A DNA stretch of 44,335 nt from Deltaproteobacteria bacterium. GTDB taxonomy: Bacteria > CG2-30-53-67. The stretch is from assembly GCA_013151235.1 (NCBI GenBank), contig JAADIO010000022.1, positions 68,256 to 112,590 on the forward strand, read 5' to 3'. Positions within the stretch are counted from its first letter, which is position 1. The number at the start of each line of letters is the position of its first letter. The position numbers and the translations under genes were made by a program. Under the pieces are notes generated by a model, which was given only the letters and a program-made list of their open reading frames with translations, was not told the DNA's origin and made no database searches. Shown here piece by piece: positions 30,276 through 40,548 of this stretch.

Positions 30276-31818
30276 CCAGGATCAGACTCCGTCCGGTCAT
30301 TTCGGGAGGCTGTGGAATTCCGAGCAGTTCCAGCAGGGTCGGTGCAATATCGGCCAGGATTCCGTTTCCTCGAAGATGAATACCTTTTCGGGTGAGAACC
30401 AGCGGCACCGGGTTTACGGTATGGGCCGTAAAAGGCTCGGAACTCCCCGGTTCCCGCATCATTTCACAATTCCCGTGATCCGACGTAATCAGGAGCGTCC
30501 CTTCCTTACGATCCAGAACTTCAAAGATCCGGCCGACACAACGGTCGACGGCCTCCACGGCCGAAACGGCGGCCTCATAAACCCCGGTATGTCCCACCAT
30601 ATCCCCATTGGCAAAGTTGAGAATGATCACATCGAAGGCATCCTCTTTGATTCCCCGGATCACGGCATCGGTGACCTCGGGGGCACTCATCTCCGGTTTC
30701 TCGTCATAGGTGGCAACTTCACGGGGAGACGGGATCAGGATCCGTTCTTCACCGGGATACTTCTTCTCCTCTCCACCGTTGAAGAAGAAGGTCACATGAG
30801 CGTACTTCTCCGTTTCCGCGATCCGAAGCTGCCGAAGGCCCTGCCGGCTGATCACCTCGGCAAATATATTCTTCAGGGAATGAGGCGGAAACGCCACGGG
30901 CAGGGAAAAAGTTTCGTCATACTCGGTCATGCAGACAAAAGACGCAAGATCGATGTGCTTCCGAGCGAATCCTGAAAAGGTCTCTTCCGTGAAAGCCCGG
31001 GTGATCTCCCGGGCGCGGTCGGAGCGGAAGTTAAAAAAGATGATCCCGTCCCCGTCCCGAATGACGGCGGGAGCTTCACCCGGAGGAACGATACTCATGG
31101 GCGGAACAAATTCGTCGGTGTTCCCATCCCGGTAGGAAGCGGAGACGGCCTCTTCAACAGAGGTCCGGCAGGAACCGCCCTCCACCATGGTCCGATAGGC
31201 CTTCTCGACCCGGTCCCAGCGGGAATCCCGGTCCATGGCGTAGTAGCGCCCCATCACCGTTGCAAAACGTCCGACGCCCTTTTCCCGCAGAAAGGATTCC
31301 ACCTTCCGGAGATAACCGACACCACTGGTGGGGGGGGTGTCACGGCCATCGAGGAAGGCATGGAGACAAACCTTGGAAAGCCCCCGGTCGGCGGCAAGGG
31401 TGACCAATGCCTTCAGGTGGTCAAGATGACTGTGAACACCGCCGTCCGACACCAGTCCCATGAGATGAAGGACCGAACCCCGTTTTTTTACGGTTTCACA
31501 GATCCGGGAAAAAGCGGAATTGGAGAAGAAATTCCCATTTTCAATCGCCCGGGTGATCCTTGTAAAATCCTGATAGACGATCCGACCGGCACCAAGGTTC
31601 TGATGACCGACCTCGGAATTTCCCATCTGGCCGGGGGGGAGCCCGACATCAAGGCCGGAGGCCCCCATCAGGGTGTGGGGATACTCCCGGAACAACCGGT
31701 CAAGTACCGGCGTTTCAGCCTTCCGGACGGCATTGTAGTCGGTGGATTCCCGGTAACCCCAGCCATCGAGAATCATGAGCATCAGCGGAGTCGTGCTGTT
31801 GACCGGATGTTCAGGCAT
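30259..31818 (-). CDS. gpmI: 2,3-BPG-independent phosphoglycerate mutase
   Basis: [44 protein letters not shown]. Confidence 0.96.
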   Translation of the reverse strand: MPEHPVNSTTPLMLMILDGWGYRESTDYNAVRKAETPVLDRLFREYPHTLMGASGLDVGLPPGQMGNSEVGHQNLGAGRIVYQDFTRITRAIENGNFFSNSAFSRICETVKKRGSVLHLMGLVSDGGVHSHLDHLKALVTLAADRGLSKVCLHAFLDGRDTPPTSGVGYLRKVESFLREKGVGRFATVMGRYYAMDRDSRWDRVEKAYRTMVEGGSCRTSVEEAVSASYRDGNTDEFVPPMSIVPPGEAPAVIRDGDGIIFFNFRSDRAREITRAFTEETFSGFARKHIDLASFVCMTEYDETFSLPVAFPPHSLKNIFAEVISRQGLRQLRIAETEKYAHVTFFFNGGEEKKYPGEERILIPSPREVATYDEKPEMSAPEVTDAVIRGIKEDAFDVIILNFANGDMVGHTGVYEAAVSAVEAVDRCVGRIFEVLDRKEGTLLITSDHGNCEMMREPGSSEPFTAHTVNPVPLVLTRKGIHLRGNGILADIAPTLLELLGIPQPPEMTGRSLILDENAH

Positions 31819-33142
31819 GAGGAACCCGCGTACTCCGTCCGGCCGGCAATTCCGGGCGGGAAAGAGAAATAGAAAATCCCTTCAGCGAGCCGCAGGCATC
31901 GCAACGGGGCGTCCATTTCTTCCGCTCATGGCCACAATCCTCACAGGCATAAGGCGCGAAAACAGGCCGCACAAAATTCACGGAGTGCTTGAATTCTTCA
32001 ATCGCCTCCGAAAGCCTCCCCCGCTTTGTATAGATATCCCCCAGGATCTGATGCAGGATGGGGGACTGCACACCCTGCCGGGAAAGCCCTTCGAAAACCT
32101 CCAGGGCATCATCAATCATCTCCAGGCGATAGTAAAATTTCCCCAAGAGAAACTTGTAGACCGGACTGTCGGGAAAACGGGAGACCGCCTGCTTGTAGAT
32201 CTTGATAATCCCTGCCGGATCTTCGTGTTTTCGATAGAATTCATCGAACTCTTCCAGAAAGACGACGGCACCGGTCTCCCGGAATCCTTTCTTCCAGACC
32301 TTGAGTGCCTCGTCGTCCTTTCCCTCTCTTCGGTAAAGATCCCCTAATTCAAGGTAGGCCGCAACAAAGGTCTTGTCCGCCTTGATCAATTCCATATACC
32401 CCTTCAGCAATCGATCGGACTCGCGTTCGGGATCGAGCCGCTTTAACCGCATCAACTGATAATAATGAAGACGTTTCTGCTCGTCGACGTCCTTTTTCAA
32501 GCCCCAGTAGCCTTTCTGCAATTCCCAGACCTTCTCCCAGGCCTGCTCCCGCTCGTAGTAAGCACGTAATTTATGGAATGCACTCACATTCCGGGGATCG
32601 ATCTTCAGGATCATCCGGTAAATCTCCGCGGCCTCTTCAAACCGGTCGCACCGTCGCAGGTCCTTGGCCAAGGCAAAAAGAATGATCAGGTTTCGCGGAG
32701 ACAGGGCGCGGGCCTTGCCGTGATACCGGATGGCCTCCTTGAAATTCCCGTTGTAACGGCAGACCTCGCCGATCCGCAGAAGAACATCCACATTCTCCGG
32801 TTCCCATTCAAGGATCTTTTTGAAACTCTTCAGGGCCTCCTCCCGCTTTTTGCTGAGCAGATCATTCACTCCCCGTCGATAGAGATCCATGATCTTCTCT
32901 TTCTTCTTTAATCGCCCCTGTTCCCGCCAACCGATCACACTGCGGCGGGTATCCCGAAGGGCCACCCCGATCATGACGAGAAAGGCCCCCAACCCCATGG
33001 AGCTGAGAATAAGCAGGCTGGTATAGATCGGGAAGGTCACGCCCGGCGCCGGATGAAACTGGATCGTCGCCGGATTCAGACTGGAAAGATAAAGCATGGC
33101 GATGATCAGAAAGAACATTCCGATGAACAGGCGGGTAAACAT
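31811..33142 (-). CDS. LapA-LapB-like fusion (two TM helices, TPR repeats, C-terminal rubredoxin-like zinc ribbon)
   Basis: N-terminal TM-N-loop-TM, multiple TPRs, CEDCG...WTPRCDACG. Confidence 0.75.
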   Translation of the reverse strand: MFTRLFIGMFFLIIAMLYLSSLNPATIQFHPAPGVTFPIYTSLLILSSMGLGAFLVMIGVALRDTRRSVIGWREQGRLKKKEKIMDLYRRGVNDLLSKKREEALKSFKKILEWEPENVDVLLRIGEVCRYNGNFKEAIRYHGKARALSPRNLIILFALAKDLRRCDRFEEAAEIYRMILKIDPRNVSAFHKLRAYYEREQAWEKVWELQKGYWGLKKDVDEQKRLHYYQLMRLKRLDPERESDRLLKGYMELIKADKTFVAAYLELGDLYRREGKDDEALKVWKKGFRETGAVVFLEEFDEFYRKHEDPAGIIKIYKQAVSRFPDSPVYKFLLGKFYYRLEMIDDALEVFEGLSRQGVQSPILHQILGDIYTKRGRLSEAIEEFKHSVNFVRPVFAPYACEDCGHERKKWTPRCDACGSLKGFSISLSRPELPAGRSTRVPHA

Positions 33143-33212
33143 CTCTTCTCCTTTTTTTCTGAGTGCCCTATTTCCGAATCCGGTGCGTCACACTATTTAC
33201 GAACAGGACCTC

Positions 33213-33683
33213 TTACCGGTGATACCGTTTTCCCTTCAGAATGGTGAATCCCCGGTAGATCTGTTCCAGAAGGATCAGGCGGGCCAATTCATGTGTCAAG
33301 GTCATCTGCGACAGAGAAAGCCTCCGGTCGGCCCTCGACCGCACCTCCGGGGAAAGACCTTCGGCGCCGCCGATTACAAAGGTCAGACTCCGCCCCGGAC
33401 GGCGCAACTCGTTCTCCAGAAATTCGGCAAAACCCTCCGAGGAGATCTCCTCCCCGGCCACATCAAGGACGCAGACCCGGTCACGAGGATCAAGAACCTT
33501 CAGAATCCGCTCTCCCTCCAACCGGATAACCCGGAGAATTTCCGCCCCTTTCCCGGCCTTGACTTCTTTTAAGCGGACCTCTTCGAGGAGGTGGTAGCGC
33601 CGGATCCGCTTCAGGAAACGCCCGGCACCGATCCGCACGAACTCATCCTCTCCCTTGCCGATGGAGACGAGACGAATCTTCAC
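33213..33683 (-). CDS. rlmH: 23S rRNA pseudouridine-1915 N3-methyltransferase
   Basis: FVIGGAEG, LSLSQMTLTHELARLILLEQIYRG...YHR. Confidence 0.95.
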   Translation of the reverse strand: MKIRLVSIGKGEDEFVRIGAGRFLKRIRRYHLLEEVRLKEVKAGKGAEILRVIRLEGERILKVLDPRDRVCVLDVAGEEISSEGFAEFLENELRRPGRSLTFVIGGAEGLSPEVRSRADRRLSLSQMTLTHELARLILLEQIYRGFTILKGKRYHR

Positions 33684-33723
33684 GGCAAAATCCGGCGGTT
33701 CTTACTCTTCTCTTCCACGCCTC

Positions 33724-34095
33724 CTATGCCTCCGTTGAGGCGTCCGCCCGGAAGTCCTCCGGAGTCAGACGCGGGGCATCTCCCCAGAGCCGTTCCAGGT
33801 TGTAATATGTCCGGGTCTCTTCCAGAAAGACGTGGACGAGTGTATTCCCGTAGTCCATAAGGATCCATCTCCCCTCGGCCTCTCCCTCGATATGGTCCGG
33901 CTCCACCTTGTGACGGGAGAGTGTCTCTTCAATCTCTTCAGCGATTGCCTTGACCTGCCGGGTGGAAGTCCCGCTCATGATGACGAAATAATCGGCAAAA
34001 ACCGTGATGGCGGACAGATCCAGAATTTCGAGATCAAGAGCTTTCTTCTCCAGACCCGCCCCGGCACTGAGCCCTGCGATACGTTGACTGTCGAT
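33724..34095 (-). CDS. rsfS: Ribosome silencing factor RsfS, probably with a non-canonical start
   Basis: EKKALDLEILDLSAITVFADYFVIMSGTSTRQV...WILMDYG..VHVF..RTYYNLERLW; located between nadD and rlmH. Confidence 0.9.
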   Translation of the reverse strand: MDSQRIAGLSAGAGLEKKALDLEILDLSAITVFADYFVIMSGTSTRQVKAIAEEIEETLSRHKVEPDHIEGEAEGRWILMDYGNTLVHVFLEETRTYYNLERLWGDAPRLTPEDFRADASTEA

Positions 34096-34163
34096 GAGAA
34101 TCCCTCACTACGGAAATGCGTGACGGTGCGGATGCACTCCCTGGTGTCCATCCGGCATTGCAG

Positions 34164-34811
34164 TCACTGCGATTGGATATACAAATGATGCAAAAGTATA
34201 TACGATTCAACAGGCTCCGGCAAGAGGTATTTCACCGAACGACCCCCGGCAAGGGCGGTCCGAATCTTCGTGGAGGAGATCGCCAGAAGAGGAACCTCGG
34301 CAAAAAAGAGGGTATGCCCTCCGGGAAGGGCCGCCTGTGATACACCTTCGTTGGAAGAAATCCCGAAGGTGCCGGCAAGGACGCGGGAGGCCTCGGCAAA
34401 GGAAAACCCGGGGCGGGAATTGACAATGAAATGGCAGAGCCGGAGCAGCCGTTCGGGTCGATGCCAGGTCGCAAGATCGAGAAAGGCATCGATCCCCAGG
34501 ATGAAATAAAGTTCCCCCCCCTCCCCCAGGGAGTGTCGCAGGGCTTCAACGGTCTGCACGGAGTAGGAGGTCCCCTGACGGTCAATCTCGACCGTGGAAA
34601 GTTCAAAAGCTGGATTCCCCGCAATCGCCAGGCGGACCATGGCCGTCCGGTGTTCCGTACCGATCAGTCCGGGAGAGGGCTTGTGCGGGGGACGGGCGGA
34701 GGGAACAAAGAGGATCCGGTCCAGTGCAAAATCCTGGTGAAGGGTTTCCGCCGTTATCAGGTGACCGATATGAACGGGATTGAAGGTCCCGCCGAAAATA
34801 CCGACCCGCAT
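34164..34811 (-). CDS. nadD: Nicotinate-nucleotide adenylyltransferase
   Basis: GIFGGTFNPVHIGH, PPHK, ISSTKIR. Confidence 0.95.
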   Translation of the reverse strand: MRVGIFGGTFNPVHIGHLITAETLHQDFALDRILFVPSARPPHKPSPGLIGTEHRTAMVRLAIAGNPAFELSTVEIDRQGTSYSVQTVEALRHSLGEGGELYFILGIDAFLDLATWHRPERLLRLCHFIVNSRPGFSFAEASRVLAGTFGISSNEGVSQAALPGGHTLFFAEVPLLAISSTKIRTALAGGRSVKYLLPEPVESYILLHHLYIQSQ

Positions 34812-34878
34812 ATTTTTTCCCTCCGGAAAAAAATATAATAAAAACCTCGTTGCAAGAGCAAAACCATTAAAGGACCAT

Positions 34879-36135
34879 CTATTCCCGGGTCTGGCCGTCA
34901 CCTAAGATGATATACTTGTAGATCGTCAATTCTTCCAGGCCCACCGGCCCCCGGGCATGGAGCCGGTTCGTGCTGATTCCGATTTCCGCGCCGAAACCGA
35001 ACTCGAAACCGTCGGTAAACCGGGTCGAGGCATTCACGTAGACGGCCGAAGCATCCACCTCGGCAAGGAACCTTCTCGCCCGGCGATAATCTTTCGTGAC
35101 GATCGCCTCGGAATGCTCCGACCCGTACCGGGTAATATGCTCCACCGCCTGGGTCATGGAATCGACGACACGGATCGAGAGGATCAGGTCGTTGTACTCC
35201 GTCGTCCAGTCCGCCTCCGTCGCCTCCCTGCAACCTTTGATCCGCTTTTGCGTCTCGGGACAACCCCGGATCTCGACTCCGGCAGCAGCAAGATCGCTGC
35301 CGATTTCAGGCAGGAAAGTGTCGGCCACTTTTCTGTGAACGAGGAGGGTCTCCATGGCATTGCAGACGCCGGGACGCTGGCACTTGGCATTCAGGGCAAT
35401 CCGGCGGGCCATCTCGAGATCGGCGTCGGAATCGATATAGGTGTGGCAAACCCCCTTGTCGTGCTTGATCACGGGGATGGTGGAATGCTCGCAGACGGTC
35501 CGGATCAGCCCCTCGCCTCCCCGGGGGATAATCAGATCAATGTATCGGTCCATCTTCAGCATCTGCATGACGGCCTCCCGGTCGGGGACATCGATGAACT
35601 GGACGGTCCCCTCCGGCACCCCGGCATCCACGGCCGAATCGGAGAGGATCCGGGCAATGACGGAATTGGAATGAATCGCCTCGGAGCCTCCCCGAAGGAC
35701 CACGGCATTGCCCGCCTTCAGGCAGAGCCCGGCGGCATCGGCGGTGACGTTGGGACGCGATTCATAGATGATGCCGATCACCCCGATGGGGACGCGGATC
35801 TTGCCGATCCGGAGATCGTTCGGCCGCTTCCACATCCGCAGCACCTCTCCCACCGGATCGGGGAGCGCCGCCACCTGCCGCAATCCTTCCGCCATTCCGG
35901 CGATCCGGGCATCGTTCAGCTCCAAACGGTCGAGGAGAGCCGCGGTCAGCCCCTTCTCCCGGCCAGCGGCAAGGTCTTTCGCATTCTCCTGCTTCAACAA
36001 CGCGCTCTCCGCCACCAGCCGGTCGGCCATCCGCAGGAGTGCCTTGTTCTTGATCGCCGAACCCAGACGCGCAAGCCCCCGGGAGGCATTTTTGGCCCCG
36101 GTGACCTTCTTTTCCACCTGTTCCCTGATTTCCAT
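34879..36135 (-). CDS. proA: Glutamate-5-semialdehyde dehydrogenase
   Basis: IYESRPNVT, CNAMETLL, NASTRFTDG, GISTNRLHARGP. Confidence 0.96.
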   Translation of the reverse strand: MEIREQVEKKVTGAKNASRGLARLGSAIKNKALLRMADRLVAESALLKQENAKDLAAGREKGLTAALLDRLELNDARIAGMAEGLRQVAALPDPVGEVLRMWKRPNDLRIGKIRVPIGVIGIIYESRPNVTADAAGLCLKAGNAVVLRGGSEAIHSNSVIARILSDSAVDAGVPEGTVQFIDVPDREAVMQMLKMDRYIDLIIPRGGEGLIRTVCEHSTIPVIKHDKGVCHTYIDSDADLEMARRIALNAKCQRPGVCNAMETLLVHRKVADTFLPEIGSDLAAAGVEIRGCPETQKRIKGCREATEADWTTEYNDLILSIRVVDSMTQAVEHITRYGSEHSEAIVTKDYRRARRFLAEVDASAVYVNASTRFTDGFEFGFGAEIGISTNRLHARGPVGLEELTIYKYIILGDGQTRE

Positions 36136-36176
36136 CGTTTTCTCCCCTGTTGCAGGAGTCCCTCCGGTCGGTCCCC

Positions 36177-37328
36177 TTAACCGGCAGGAACCCGCAGAAC
36201 AACCAGATCGTTACGGTGAATCACTTCATCATAATACTTGTAGCCGAGGATCTCTTCAATCTCCCGTGTCTTGTGCCCCAGGATCTTCTTAATCTCCCGG
36301 GCATGATAGTTGACCAGCCCCCGGGCCACCTCCAGCCCCTCCGGGTCAAGACAGCTCACGGGATCGCCCACCTCAAAACGGCCCTCCACGCCGGTGATGC
36401 CCGAAGGCAGCAGACTTCGTCCCTGTTTCAACAGAGCCCGGACCGCCCCGGCATCGAGGGTGAGTTTTCCCTTGGCGCTCAAGGTATAGGCAATCCAGTG
36501 CTTCCGACTGGTCAGCCGGTCCCGGCCGGCGAGAAAGAGGGTTCCGATTTGCTCACCGGAGAGGGCCGCTTTGATCACGCCCCGCTTGTGGCCGTTGACC
36601 ACGAGGGTGGGAGTTCCAAAGGCGGCCGCCGTTTTTGCCGTCTTCACCTTGGAGCGCATTCCCCCGGATCCTGCGTCGTGGTAGCTCTCACCGGCCATCC
36701 GGAGGGTTTTCTCCGTCACCTTCGGAACCAGGGGGATCCGTTCCGCATGGTCATCCAGATGGGGATCTCCGGTATAGAGCCCGTCAATATCGGAGAGAAT
36801 GAGAAGGAGATCGGCGCCGATCAGGTTGGTCACCAGGGCGGAGAGTCGATCGTTATCACCGAATTTCATCTCTTCCACCACGACCGTATCGTTTTCATTG
36901 ATGATCGGAACCACCTGATAATGAAAGAGTGTCTCCAGGGCGTTCCGGGCGTTCAGAAAGCGTCGCCGGTGCTTCAGATCATCCGCCGTGAGAAGGATCT
37001 GCGCCACCTTCCGCCGGTGTCTTAAAAAAGCCTGCTTATAGCACCAGATCAACCGCCCCTGCCCCACGGCGGCGGCGGCCTGTTTGACGGGAATCTCGCG
37101 GGGGCGTGACTTGAGGCCGAGACGCCCCATCCCCGCCGCCACCGCCCCGGAGGAAACGATGGCAATTTCAATCTTTTTCTCCTGCAGGACCGACACCACT
37201 TCATCCACCAGTTCCACGATCCGGGCGGAATTCAGACCGCTTTCCCCCTCCGTCAGGATCGTACTGCCGATCTTGATGACGACGCGGTGAACCTTCTGCA
37301 GGATCTTTCTCCGGTCATCCATTTCCAT
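36177..37328 (-). CDS. proB: Glutamate 5-kinase (with PUA domain)
   Basis: VIKIGS, SSGAVAAG, NENDTV, FGDNDRLSA, GGMRSK. Confidence 0.96.
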   Translation of the reverse strand: MEMDDRRKILQKVHRVVIKIGSTILTEGESGLNSARIVELVDEVVSVLQEKKIEIAIVSSGAVAAGMGRLGLKSRPREIPVKQAAAAVGQGRLIWCYKQAFLRHRRKVAQILLTADDLKHRRRFLNARNALETLFHYQVVPIINENDTVVVEEMKFGDNDRLSALVTNLIGADLLLILSDIDGLYTGDPHLDDHAERIPLVPKVTEKTLRMAGESYHDAGSGGMRSKVKTAKTAAAFGTPTLVVNGHKRGVIKAALSGEQIGTLFLAGRDRLTSRKHWIAYTLSAKGKLTLDAGAVRALLKQGRSLLPSGITGVEGRFEVGDPVSCLDPEGLEVARGLVNYHAREIKKILGHKTREIEEILGYKYYDEVIHRNDLVVLRVPAG

Positions 37329-38391
37329 TTTCTCCCTCCGCCGCCTCTTCCCGGCGAAGCCGGGTCACCATGGACGACAATTCCCGCAGGAGCGCCTCGA
37401 TTCCTTCACCGGTCACGGAGGAGATCATCCGCAAAGGAAATCCCTGCTCGACGCAAAAGGATTTCAGGGCTGCCACGCGCATGTCTTCCTGCAGGGCATC
37501 GATCTTCGTCGCGGCGATAAGGCTCTTCTTTTGAAGCATGGAGGGGTTATACTGCTGCAATTCCTCCTGAAGCGTCAACACCGCCGCCACCGGGTCCGAC
37601 GGTCCCGCGGGCGAAACATCGATCAGATAGAGCAGAACACGGCATCGCTCGACATGGCGAAGAAAAATGTCCCCCAGACCGCAGCCGTCGTGAGCCCCAC
37701 GGATCAGCCCCGGGATATCGGCCACCACGAGAACATCGGAAGAATCGATCTCCACCGTACCGAGATGGGGCGTCAGGGTCGTAAAGGGATAGTCGGCAAT
37801 CCTGGGGCGAGCTGAAGAAATCCTGGAGAGAAAGGTCGACTTCCCCGCGTTGGGAAAGCCCACTAATCCCACATCGGCCAGCAGCTTCAGCTCCAGAATA
37901 ATCTGAAGGGTTTCCCCCTCTTCTCCGGGTTGGGAGAGGCGCGGGGTCTGGTGGGTCGAGGAGGCAAAGTGGGCATTCCCCTTTCCGCCCCGCCCGCCCC
38001 GGGCCACAATCACCGATGCACCGTCTTGTGTCAGATCGGCCAGCACCTCATCCGTTTCCTGATTCCGGATCAGGGTGCCGCAGGGAACGGAGATGACCCG
38101 GTCTTTCCCGTTCCGTCCGGTTCTCCGCTTGCCGCTCCCCGGCCGGCCGTTTTCCGCAGCATAGTTTTTCCGGTAACGATGGTCGATCAGGGTATGGATA
38201 TTCCGATCCGCCCGGACCACAACATTGCCGCCCCATCCGCCGTCTCCGCCGTCCGGCCCCCCGCGGGGGACATATTTCTCCCGGCGGAAGCTGACGCATC
38301 CCGCCCCCCCGGCACCGGAGCTGACCTTCAGGCGGGCATAATCGATGAATGCCGTCTGCTTCCTTGAAATTCGGGAACGGGAGGATGACAT
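37315..38391 (-). CDS. obgE: GTPase ObgE/CgtA
   Basis: FRREKYVPRGGPDGGDGG, GFPNAGKST, YPFTT, DIPG; start either 38391 or 38406. Confidence 0.95.
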   Translation of the reverse strand: MSSSRSRISRKQTAFIDYARLKVSSGAGGAGCVSFRREKYVPRGGPDGGDGGWGGNVVVRADRNIHTLIDHRYRKNYAAENGRPGSGKRRTGRNGKDRVISVPCGTLIRNQETDEVLADLTQDGASVIVARGGRGGKGNAHFASSTHQTPRLSQPGEEGETLQIILELKLLADVGLVGFPNAGKSTFLSRISSARPRIADYPFTTLTPHLGTVEIDSSDVLVVADIPGLIRGAHDGCGLGDIFLRHVERCRVLLYLIDVSPAGPSDPVAAVLTLQEELQQYNPSMLQKKSLIAATKIDALQEDMRVAALKSFCVEQGFPLRMISSVTGEGIEALLRELSSMVTRLRREEAAEGENGNG

Positions 38392-38431
38392 GGCGGATCG
38401 TTGCATCCTTCTTGATTAACGACTGTGCAAT

Positions 38432-38478
38432 AAAAAAGGGGATACGGCTTCATCCCTCTCGGAAAACCCGATCCCCTT
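38432..38478 (-). terminator. Terminator after rpmA
   Basis: aaggggat..cgg / ccg.atcccctt stem followed by a T-run on the minus strand. Confidence 0.5.
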
Positions 38479-38514
38479 ACAACCCTCAAGCCGGTCTTTT
38501 GACTGCGAGGTCAA

Positions 38515-38772
38515 TCAGCCGGCCGAATAGACACTGACTTTCTTCTTGTCTCTTCCCAACCGTTCAAAGGTCACCACCCCGTTGATCAGGGAAAAAAGGG
38601 TATCATCCTTACCTTTTCCCACATTATTGCCGGGATGAATCTTGGTGCCCCTCTGGCGAACCAGGATACTCCCGGCCGTAACGGACTGACCACCGAATCG
38701 CTTCACTCCCAACCGTTTGGAGTGGCTCTCTCTCCCGTTTCTGGAACTTCCACCCGCTTTTTTATGTGCCAT
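38515..38772 (-). CDS. rpmA: 50S ribosomal protein L27
   Basis: [23 protein letters not shown]. Confidence 0.98.
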   Translation of the reverse strand: MAHKKAGGSSRNGRESHSKRLGVKRFGGQSVTAGSILVRQRGTKIHPGNNVGKGKDDTLFSLINGVVTFERLGRDKKKVSVYSAG

Positions 38773-38784
38773 TGTACACTCCCG

Positions 38785-39099
38785 TCAGGACGCAATCTGT
38801 AAGATCTTGAGGCCGGTCCGCTGCTGCCGGTGCCCCTGTTTTTTCCGGTACCCTTTACGCCGTTTCTTCTTGAATACCATGATTTTCCTGTCCCGGTCCA
38901 TGGAGATCACCTCCGCCTTGACGCGGGCGCTTTCCAGATAGGGGGTTCCGGCCTGAAGCGGCTCCTCCCCACCGATCGCCACCACCCGGTCAATCTCCAC
39001 CGTATCGCCGACTTCGGCCTTCAGACGCTCAACCTGGACGACATCCCCTTCGGAAACCTTGTACTGCTTTCCGCCTGTCTCAATAATTGCATATTTCAT
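38785..39099 (-). CDS. rplU: 50S ribosomal protein L21
   Basis: YAIIETGGKQYKV, KKQGHRQ. Confidence 0.98.
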   Translation of the reverse strand: MKYAIIETGGKQYKVSEGDVVQVERLKAEVGDTVEIDRVVAIGGEEPLQAGTPYLESARVKAEVISMDRDRKIMVFKKKRRKGYRKKQGHRQQRTGLKILQIAS

Positions 39100-39231
39100 A
39101 AGCACTTTCCCTCACAACGAGAACCGTTTCGATATCGAAATGGGAAATTTAGCAAAAAGAACGCCCCCCTGTCAAGGATTTTTATGTTTTCAGGACTTTT
39201 CCGACTTTGCAGGAAGCATTTGGGCAGGGCA

Positions 39232-39289
39232 AAAGACAAAGCAGGAAACGAAAAACATTCAACCACGGGGAACTCGGGGAATCACGGAG
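39232..39289 (+). repeat. Direct repeat, left flank of the hicBA islet
   Basis: aaagacaaagcaggaa.cgaaaaacattcaaccacgggg.actc.ggg..tcacgg also present at ~40286-40343. Confidence 0.8.
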
Positions 39290-39330
39290 AAAACAAAAGC
39301 ATAAGAAAACCAGCCTGTCCCCTTTATTTC

Positions 39331-39552
39331 TCAAAGCATTTCTTTAAACTGTTCTACCGTCATGCCTGAGTCTTTGATCAATCGTTTAAGCAGCGGTTCT
39401 TTGAGGGACTTGTGATTGGGGACGGAAAGGGTCGCCCTAAATCCTGTCCGGGTCAGGATCATGTGGCTTCCCTTTTGGCGCTTGAAGACCCAGCCGTTCT
39501 TTTCAAAAACGCGCCGAACCTTCATGCCGGATACAGAGGGGAGTTGGGTCAC
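39331..39552 (-). CDS. hicA: HicA family toxin
   Basis: GWVFKRQKGSHMIL, VPNH, LKRLIKDSG. Confidence 0.9.
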   Translation of the reverse strand: MTQLPSVSGMKVRRVFEKNGWVFKRQKGSHMILTRTGFRATLSVPNHKSLKEPLLKRLIKDSGMTVEQFKEML

Positions 39553-39758
39553 ACTGCTACCTCAAGGACCTCGGCATCGTCTCGATCCGACTGTGCCTGC
39601 TCGTTGAGGACCTCAAGACACCCTTCAATCGCCTCCTTGATATTGGTCATAGCTTCTTTTTTAGTCTCTCCCTGGGAATGACAGCCGGGAATGGCCGGGC
39701 AGGAGATGACATAACCTCCTTCATCGCATGGCTCTAAGACAACTTTATAGACGGACAT
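39549..39758 (-). CDS. hicB: HicB family antitoxin (short, no DNA-binding domain)
   Basis: EGGYVISCPAIPGCHSQGETKKEAMTNIKEAI; AGGAG RBS. Confidence 0.9.
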   Translation of the reverse strand: MSVYKVVLEPCDEGGYVISCPAIPGCHSQGETKKEAMTNIKEAIEGCLEVLNEQAQSDRDDAEVLEVAV

Positions 39759-40085
39759 AAGATCTCCTTTTCTCACTCTTCAAAACCCCTTCCATCTGAT
39801 GCCTCTTAATTATGTAAGCATCAACCAGGGATTTGATTACCAGCTTGTCTTCTTCATCCATCTTATCCACCGCCTCAAAATTTTTCAAGAGGCTTTTGTC
39901 CCGGATCTCTGCCGACGCTGCCGGTTCCGAATCATCAAACAAAAGGTAATCCACGGAGGCATCGAAGATCCGGGCGATCTTCATGATCGCTTCAGCCCCG
40001 GGCATCACGTGGCCGTTTTCGTGTTTACCGATATGTCGTCCATGCATTCCCAGTTTCCGGCCAAGCTAATCCTTAGGCCAAACTT
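39745..40085 (-). pseudogene. XRE-family HTH regulator pseudogene
   Basis: Frame extends upstream as KVWPKD*LGRKLGMHGRHIGKHENG...IARIFDASVDYLL, with an in-frame TAG in the HTH; the 5' end abuts a repeat remnant. Confidence 0.65.
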
Positions 40086-40102
40086 TCGAAAAGTTTAATG
40101 GA

Positions 40103-40166
40103 CCGTTCGTGGTGAGCTTGTCGAACCATGAACGGAATCCGGAAAACGACTTTTTACAACACCATC
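40103..40166. mobile_element. Family B element, right-half remnant
   Basis: ccgttcgtggtgagcttgtcgaaccatgaacggaatccggaaaacgactttttac is identical to the 7338 copy. Confidence 0.8.
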
Positions 40167-40285
40167 GAACTTGTATTGAAACATTAATAATATAAAGTTG
40201 AGATATTGTCAAATTTTGGGACTGCTATCGGGGTTATGCGAAGTCCGATAAACGGAGAAAAACAGAACATGAGAAAGGCACGGTC

Positions 40286-40343
40286 AAAGACAAAGCAGGA
40301 AGCGAAAAACATTCAACCACGGGGGACTCAGGGTGTCACGGGG
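40286..40343 (+). repeat. Direct repeat, right flank of the hicBA islet
   Basis: Near-identical to 39232-39289. Confidence 0.8.
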
Positions 40344-40548
40344 ATAGACCAAGGGGCAAAGTGTCAAAGGCACACAGGCACAGAGTTTAAGATCAAAATC
40401 AACTGCAAAATCTGTCCGCGCACCATTTGGGGTCGCAAAAGTCAAAAGCAAATTGATCAGAAGACCGAATAAAGTGATTGACGGCACTCCTTCCGCCGAT
40501 TATGGTAATCATCCGGTCCGTTTCATATGGCAATAGGGAAGAACTGCC

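Noticed and set aside
34957..37025. Long plus-strand ORFs (407 and 291 aa) opposite proA/proB
   Set aside because: Antisense shadows of well-conserved genes. The same applies to 11488-12447, 18334-19251, 22092-22955 and 24986-25939.
40206..40487. Short ORFs in the repeat-rich spacer
   Set aside because: They consist of repeat sequence shared with 39059-39304 and have no protein motif.
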